Source: Nibricoccus sp.
GTDB lineage: Bacteria; Verrucomicrobiota; Verrucomicrobiia; Opitutales; Opitutaceae
Direction of reading: 5' to 3'
Length of the DNA stretch: 64,000 nucleotides
Assembly: GCA_047602425.1 (NCBI GenBank)
Contig: JASGHG010000001.1
Coordinates: 224,001-288,000, forward strand
The position numbers were made by a program, and so were the translations under genes. Positions 59,898-64,000 of this stretch are shown piece by piece. Position 1 is the first letter of the stretch, and each line of letters begins with the position of its first letter. Below the pieces are notes generated by a model. That model made no database searches. It had not been told where the DNA came from and worked only from the letters and a program-made list of their open reading frames with translations.

Positions 59898-60078
59898 AGG
59901 CTTTGCTTTTGAAGATTATTACTGCACCGCCCGGCTCGGATCCCCGCGTGATCCTTCGCCGAAAAATGCACCACTTTATAGTTCGCTCCTTGGATACCGC
60001 CGTTGCTCCATGGTTCCGCGAAAAGTCCAGTTTTCGCATTCCAAGGAGGAGAGGATCCGGGGGTGGCGACGGTGTGCA

Positions 60079-60095
60079 TTGGCAGGATTCATGCT
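60079..60095 (+). promoter_or_regulatory. Candidate sigma54 (-24/-12) promoter
   Basis: TTGGCAGGATTCATGCT, GG-N10-GC spacing, about 66 bp upstream of the FkbM gene. Confidence 0.5.
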
Positions 60096-60161
60096 CCGGA
60101 ATCGCGAAGAACTTTTTGCCTTAAACGGAGTCAGTAGCACGGGACCGAAAGAGCATATTTT

Positions 60162-60911
60162 ATGACAACCACCAATGTTCGGCGGATTTTACGGCACATT
60201 TCTCGTTTCGGATTACGCACCGGCTTGCAAGCGGCACGCCTGCACCGGCAGCCTTCGACACCGGTACAGATACAATTGGATGGAGTCGATCATCCTCTCT
60301 GGGCGCGCCCCGGCACTTCCGACGCGGCGACGTTCGACGAAGTTTTTTTATCCCGGGAATATAATGTGCCGTTCGCGAATTTTTCGCCCAGTCACATTCT
60401 CGATCTCGGCGCCAATGTGGGCTACGCGTCCGTATATTTTGCCGCGCGCTGGCCTCAGGCGCGGATTCTCGCCGTTGAGCCGTCCTCCCAAAATCTTTCT
60501 CTCTTGGAGAAAAACACGCACCCGTGGGGCCGCATCGTCACCTTGCAAGCCGCCGTGTGGTCCCACGCCACCACCATGCAAATTGCGAATCCCGACGGCG
60601 ACGCCAATGCCTTTCGCATGACTGAGGCCAGCGGTCCGGTTCAGGAAAAAATTCCGGCCTATACCATTCCGCAACTCATCGAACGCCTGGGCTGCACACG
60701 CCTTCCCTTGTTGAAAATGGATGTGGAGGGCGCGGAGGTCGAGATCTTCCGCGCGGACACCAGCTGGCTGGACCTAATCGATGTCATGGTAATTGAACTC
60801 CATGATCGCCTGGTTCCGAAGTGCGCCATGGCCTTAAACCAAGCGCTCAATGGCCGCAGTTATCAGCAGGAAATTCTGGGCAGCAATCTAGTGTTCGATT
60901 TCAGGCAATAA
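60162..60911 (+). CDS. FkbM-family methyltransferase
   Basis: RPGTSD..TF.EVF...EY, LDLGANVG, AVEP, LKMDVEGAE, IELHDR. Confidence 0.92.
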   Translation: MTTTNVRRILRHISRFGLRTGLQAARLHRQPSTPVQIQLDGVDHPLWARPGTSDAATFDEVFLSREYNVPFANFSPSHILDLGANVGYASVYFAARWPQARILAVEPSSQNLSLLEKNTHPWGRIVTLQAAVWSHATTMQIANPDGDANAFRMTEASGPVQEKIPAYTIPQLIERLGCTRLPLLKMDVEGAEVEIFRADTSWLDLIDVMVIELHDRLVPKCAMALNQALNGRSYQQEILGSNLVFDFRQ

Positions 60912-61006
60912 ACTTTGCCTGAGTAGCGGAGCAACGCCCAGCGAGAGTCTTTCCCGCATGACGGTAAATCGACCGCAACCATCTATTATCGCCCCGCGCA
61001 TACAAA

Positions 61007-62254
61007 ATGAAGAAATCCGGTACCATAAATCTGGACCTTGAGCTGCTTCGAGGCGTGGCCATCGTTTTCACCCTTTGCAGTCATCTGGTCTGGGGCCTTC
61101 TTCCCAAAATGGGTGACGTCGGAAGGCAACTTCAGACCATGCTCCAATTTTGGACCGGGGTGGATCTATTCTTCTGCATATCCGGTTTCATTATCACGAC
61201 GTCCTTGCTCAAGATCTTGGAAGACAAACGGGCGGATCGCGGACCGCCTGCAACCAACCGGTGGAGCCAATTTATCCAACTTTCTATTCCATTCTGGATC
61301 CGGCGCGCCTTCCGCCTGCTCCCCTCGGCCTGGCTCTGGATCTTACTCACGCTGATTCTCGCGACCACCTTTAACGCTCACGCGACTTTCGGCACCCTGC
61401 GCGATAACCTCTATGAAGCCGGCGCGGCCGTCCTCAATGTAGCAAATTTCTACTACTATGATACGTTCGCCAACAGCAATGGCGTTTATGGTTCGTTTGG
61501 CATTTTTTGGAGCCTCTCTCTTGAGGAACAATTTTATCTTCTGCTTCCGTTCCTCCTCTTTTTTCTAAAACGCCGCACCTTTATTTTCGTACTCTGCGCG
61601 GCCTGGCTCGCGCAGTTCTTGGTCGCCCGCCCCAATGGTTTCACCCCTCACCACACGTCGCTTTTGTGGTTTATTCGAACCGACGCTCTCATTCTGGGTG
61701 TATTCATTGCTCTCTGGAAAAAAAGCCGCACTTACCGCCTTTGCGAACCACAGTTTCTCCGACAAAATATATTTTCGCTGCCGCTCGTGGGGCTGTGTCT
61801 TCTGCTGTTGGTTTCGCTGCCCGCGATGTCTGCCTATATATCGATCACCACGGGACTCACCGCGATCGTCTGTGGGCTGCTCGTGTTCATCGCCAGCTAC
61901 GATCGCGATTATATATTGCGTCCCTCCATGCTGAAAACCGCCATCGTGTGGCTCGGATCGAGATCCTATAGCATCTATCTGATCCACGTGACCGGGCACA
62001 CCTTCGTCATCGAGCTCAAACGATCGGCGGAAATCGCCGAAGGCAGCCCACTGTCCGTGGCCCTCACTTTTTTGAGCGTGCCGTTCATCCTGATCTTGTC
62101 AGAACTGAACTACCGCTTCGTCGAAACGCCCTTCAGGCGCATAGGCAAACGTATCGCCGAAAAATTCGGCCGACACCTCTCGCCTTCTGAGATCCCTGGG
62201 GATCTTACCTTGATTGGCCGCGCCGAGCCCGCTCCCAAATCTTCCAAGGGATAA
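61007..62254 (+). CDS. Acyltransferase-3 (OafA-like) membrane O-acyltransferase
   Basis: LRGVAI, GVDLFFCISGFII, FWIRR.FRLLP, WSLSLEEQFY, LG.RSYSIYLIH, YRFVETP. Confidence 0.93.
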   Translation: MKKSGTINLDLELLRGVAIVFTLCSHLVWGLLPKMGDVGRQLQTMLQFWTGVDLFFCISGFIITTSLLKILEDKRADRGPPATNRWSQFIQLSIPFWIRRAFRLLPSAWLWILLTLILATTFNAHATFGTLRDNLYEAGAAVLNVANFYYYDTFANSNGVYGSFGIFWSLSLEEQFYLLLPFLLFFLKRRTFIFVLCAAWLAQFLVARPNGFTPHHTSLLWFIRTDALILGVFIALWKKSRTYRLCEPQFLRQNIFSLPLVGLCLLLLVSLPAMSAYISITTGLTAIVCGLLVFIASYDRDYILRPSMLKTAIVWLGSRSYSIYLIHVTGHTFVIELKRSAEIAEGSPLSVALTFLSVPFILILSELNYRFVETPFRRIGKRIAEKFGRHLSPSEIPGDLTLIGRAEPAPKSSKG

Positions 62255-62296
62255 TCGAACCGGAGCGTCAGCCCTTGCGCGGGGCCGGCCTCGTTT

Positions 62297-62656
62297 TCAT
62301 TTTAAGCCGCGCCACGAGTACAGACACAACAGGCCGATCTCGGCGATGCTCAATACCGTTCCAATGGGAAGATACCAAAGCGTGAGAATAGAGCAGCCGA
62401 TCAATGCGCTACGCCCAAAAGAGACCCCCAGGAAGAAGCATGCCATTGCGCCCAGCCACAGCGCCCCAAGCGCCACGTGTGCCCATTTCATGCCTGCGCC
62501 CCGTGGATTTATCCCGGCGCCCGCCACGATCCGCGACCAAGGTCCCAACTTCCCGTCACGTGCCGTGACGTAGTCCCCCTTCAAAAGCGCACGGCCCCCG
62601 TCGAACCCCAGCCAGCTTCCGATAATCAGTGCAATCACTACGATTGTGGTTTTCAT
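62297..62656 (-). CDS. Hypothetical membrane protein (possible former cassette gene)
   Basis: 119 aa, several hydrophobic segments; co-oriented with the cassette genes. Confidence 0.7.
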   Translation of the reverse strand: MKTTIVVIALIIGSWLGFDGGRALLKGDYVTARDGKLGPWSRIVAGAGINPRGAGMKWAHVALGALWLGAMACFFLGVSFGRSALIGCSILTLWYLPIGTVLSIAEIGLLCLYSWRGLK

Positions 62657-62708
62657 TTTTCGTGACTATTTTGCCAGGGCCGTTGGGCCCATACGTTGGT
62701 TTTGCACT

Positions 62709-63068
62709 TTAAATTTCGCAAGCCTGGAAGCCAAGTTCGACCACTGGAGACTGAACTTCCAGCAACGTAAAAATCTCAACGTGGAAGTCGGTCACCACAT
62801 TGATCACTTCGCCGTGCAATCCGGCATGTATACCTCTCGACGCCTGTTTTTTCATCGCGTTCGCAAGTTGAATATCATCCGTAAATTGAACCAACGCATG
62901 ATAGCGTGCTAACTTGGATCGTGGTGATCCTCCTTTATTCCGGAGCAATTGAAACGTCGCGGCTTCATCGATCTCGCATAGCCGCTTTAGAAAGCGTGCA
63001 ACCGTCGGGAGCCCTTCCGACTCGGGCACCTCCGGCTTCAAATTAAACCAAACGTGATAATGAACCAT
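62709..63068 (-). CDS. Hypothetical protein, possibly dimeric alpha/beta-barrel (Dabb-like); cassette gene
   Basis: HYHVWFNLK, YHALVQF, LHGEV; ATG 5 bp from the attC core. Confidence 0.7.
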   Translation of the reverse strand: MVHYHVWFNLKPEVPESEGLPTVARFLKRLCEIDEAATFQLLRNKGGSPRSKLARYHALVQFTDDIQLANAMKKQASRGIHAGLHGEVINVVTDFHVEIFTLLEVQSPVVELGFQACEI

Positions 63069-63073
63069 TTTTT

Positions 63074-63173
63074 GCCTAGACGTTATAAATCTGCCGCGCC
63101 TGTGACGGACTCGACGGCTGCGCTTGCAGGCGGCGTGACCGGCATAGACGTTGGCAATGGTGCCTGGTTGGGG
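63074..63173 (-). mobile_element. attC-like recombination site (degenerate)
   Basis: Minus strand CCCCAACCAGGCACC...GGCAGATTTATAACGTCTAGGC, then AAAAA ATG. YYYAAC at one end, GTTAGGC-like core at the other; shares ACGTTATA[A/G]ATCTGCCGCG with the next site. Confidence 0.7.
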
Positions 63174-63583
63174 CTACTTTTCTTCATCTCCACATTCACA
63201 ATAATTCGTACGCGGCTTCCTGGCCCACACATCTGCCATCTTTTTTCCTCCACCGGGTCATAGCCGGAAGATTCGAACCGTACTTCGCCACCTTGAATAC
63301 CATCTCCCGGCCCAAGCCAAACAAGAACCCATAGCGATGGCTTGGTCGCGACGACCGCAAATCGACCATCCTTATCACTGCGCGTACTGATCACCGGTAC
63401 ACGCCCTCCAGAGCGAAGATAACCACCGAGCAAAATATTTACATTCTGCAAGGGCATCTTCGTATCCGTATCGACAACGGTTCCTTCAAAACGCGGAGAA
63501 ACCCATTTAGTGTGCGGCACAGGCAGCACGATACAGCCACTGAGAAAAAGACACCCAAGAAGCATCGGAACTAGTTTCTTCAT
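63083..63583 (-). CDS. Lipoprotein with carboxypeptidase-regulatory-like beta-sandwich; cassette gene
   Basis: Lipobox LSGC; G.VVD.DTK.PL.NV.I, SD.DGRF; C-terminus reads through the attC site. Confidence 0.78.
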   Translation of the reverse strand: MKKLVPMLLGCLFLSGCIVLPVPHTKWVSPRFEGTVVDTDTKMPLQNVNILLGGYLRSGGRVPVISTRSDKDGRFAVVATKPSLWVLVWLGPGDGIQGGEVRFESSGYDPVEEKRWQMCGPGSRVRIIVNVEMKKSSPNQAPLPTSMPVTPPASAAVESVTGAADL

Positions 63584-63585
63584 TT

Positions 63586-63680
63586 CTCCTACGTTATAGA
63601 TCTGCCGCGACTACGGCTGGCGCGGCTCCTGCGGAGCAGGAGCCGTGACGGACGTGGTCGCTGGGAGCGTCAGGTTCGCC
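63586..63680 (-). mobile_element. attC-like recombination site
   Basis: Minus strand GGCGAAC...GCAGATCTATAACGTAGGAG, then AA ATG. Long imperfect palindrome at 63607-63661 with perfect stem CGGCTCCTGC-GGA-GCAGGAGCCG (63623-63645). Confidence 0.75.
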
Positions 63681-63996
63681 ATTTTTTCCCGAACGTCGAT
63701 ACGCAAGAATCGACGAGATACCGCGTCAGATAGAAAACGCCAACAATGGTGATCAACTGGACTCCGTAGCCAATGACCTCTAAAATGTACTCATTCGTAA
63801 TGCCCACGCGATTCATCGTAACAACAGCCAAAATCAGAGGGAGCGACAAAACATAGCCGATAGGAACCATCCAATAGATCTGCCACCACGCAGGATGCCA
63901 ATCACGCGGCGCTTTCACCGGCCAAGTACCAGCCTCGACTATGCAAACGAGGCAAAATAGCCCAACTGCGATACCAATCCAGGTCGAGAGTTTCAT
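63670..63996 (-). CDS. Hypothetical membrane protein; cassette gene
   Basis: 108 aa, 3 TM segments, AT-richer than the chromosome; stop codon lies inside the attC 5' end. Confidence 0.72.
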   Translation of the reverse strand: MKLSTWIGIAVGLFCLVCIVEAGTWPVKAPRDWHPAWWQIYWMVPIGYVLSLPLILAVVTMNRVGITNEYILEVIGYGVQLITIVGVFYLTRYLVDSCVSTFGKKWRT

Positions 63997-64000
63997 CTTT

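Noticed and set aside
62255..62296. GGAGCGTCAG shared with the 63586 attC, as a fourth attC
   Set aside because: 10-bp match only, no core boxes; may be chance or a remnant.

Overview
GC-rich bacterial chromosome segment. Gene style, gene order and repeat types suggest Opitutaceae/Verrucomicrobiota (inference only). Left to right: (1) 1-16330, a nitrate-reduction and molybdenum-cofactor island: a DmsB/DmsC-like Fe-S/anchor fusion plus a Nas-type nitrate reductase (+); a convergent napD-napA-tetraheme napB-ferredoxin-hypothetical-MOSC-mobA operon (-); and, divergent from nap, tetraheme cytochrome-NrfC-NrfD (DsrJOP-like)-Rrf2-moaD-moaE/moeA fusion-moaC-mogA-moaA (+). (2) 16.3-36.5 kb, housekeeping genes (recJ, secDF, yajC, speA, purD, clpX, clpP, tig) interleaved with accessory genes: a serpin, a SatD (nucleotide-cyclase fold + HTH)/DUF3307 pair with tandem palindromes between them, a dUTPase/dCTP-deaminase-like + LOG fusion, an AbrB-Doc toxin-antitoxin pair and an apparent S41 pseudo-protease. 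(3) 36.6-62.3 kb, two glycoside hydrolases and a Wzx/Wzy-dependent exopolysaccharide cluster. (4) 62.3-64 kb, four small co-oriented genes separated by attC-like sites, the distal end of an integron-type cassette array that probably continues past the window edge. No rRNA, tRNA, CRISPR array, transposase or integrase was recognised. Best novelty candidates: the SatD-DUF3307 module, the Dcd-like-LOG fusion, the NapC/NapH-less Nap system with a DsrJOP-like donor module, and the attC array. All family calls come from motif recognition by eye; no searches were run.
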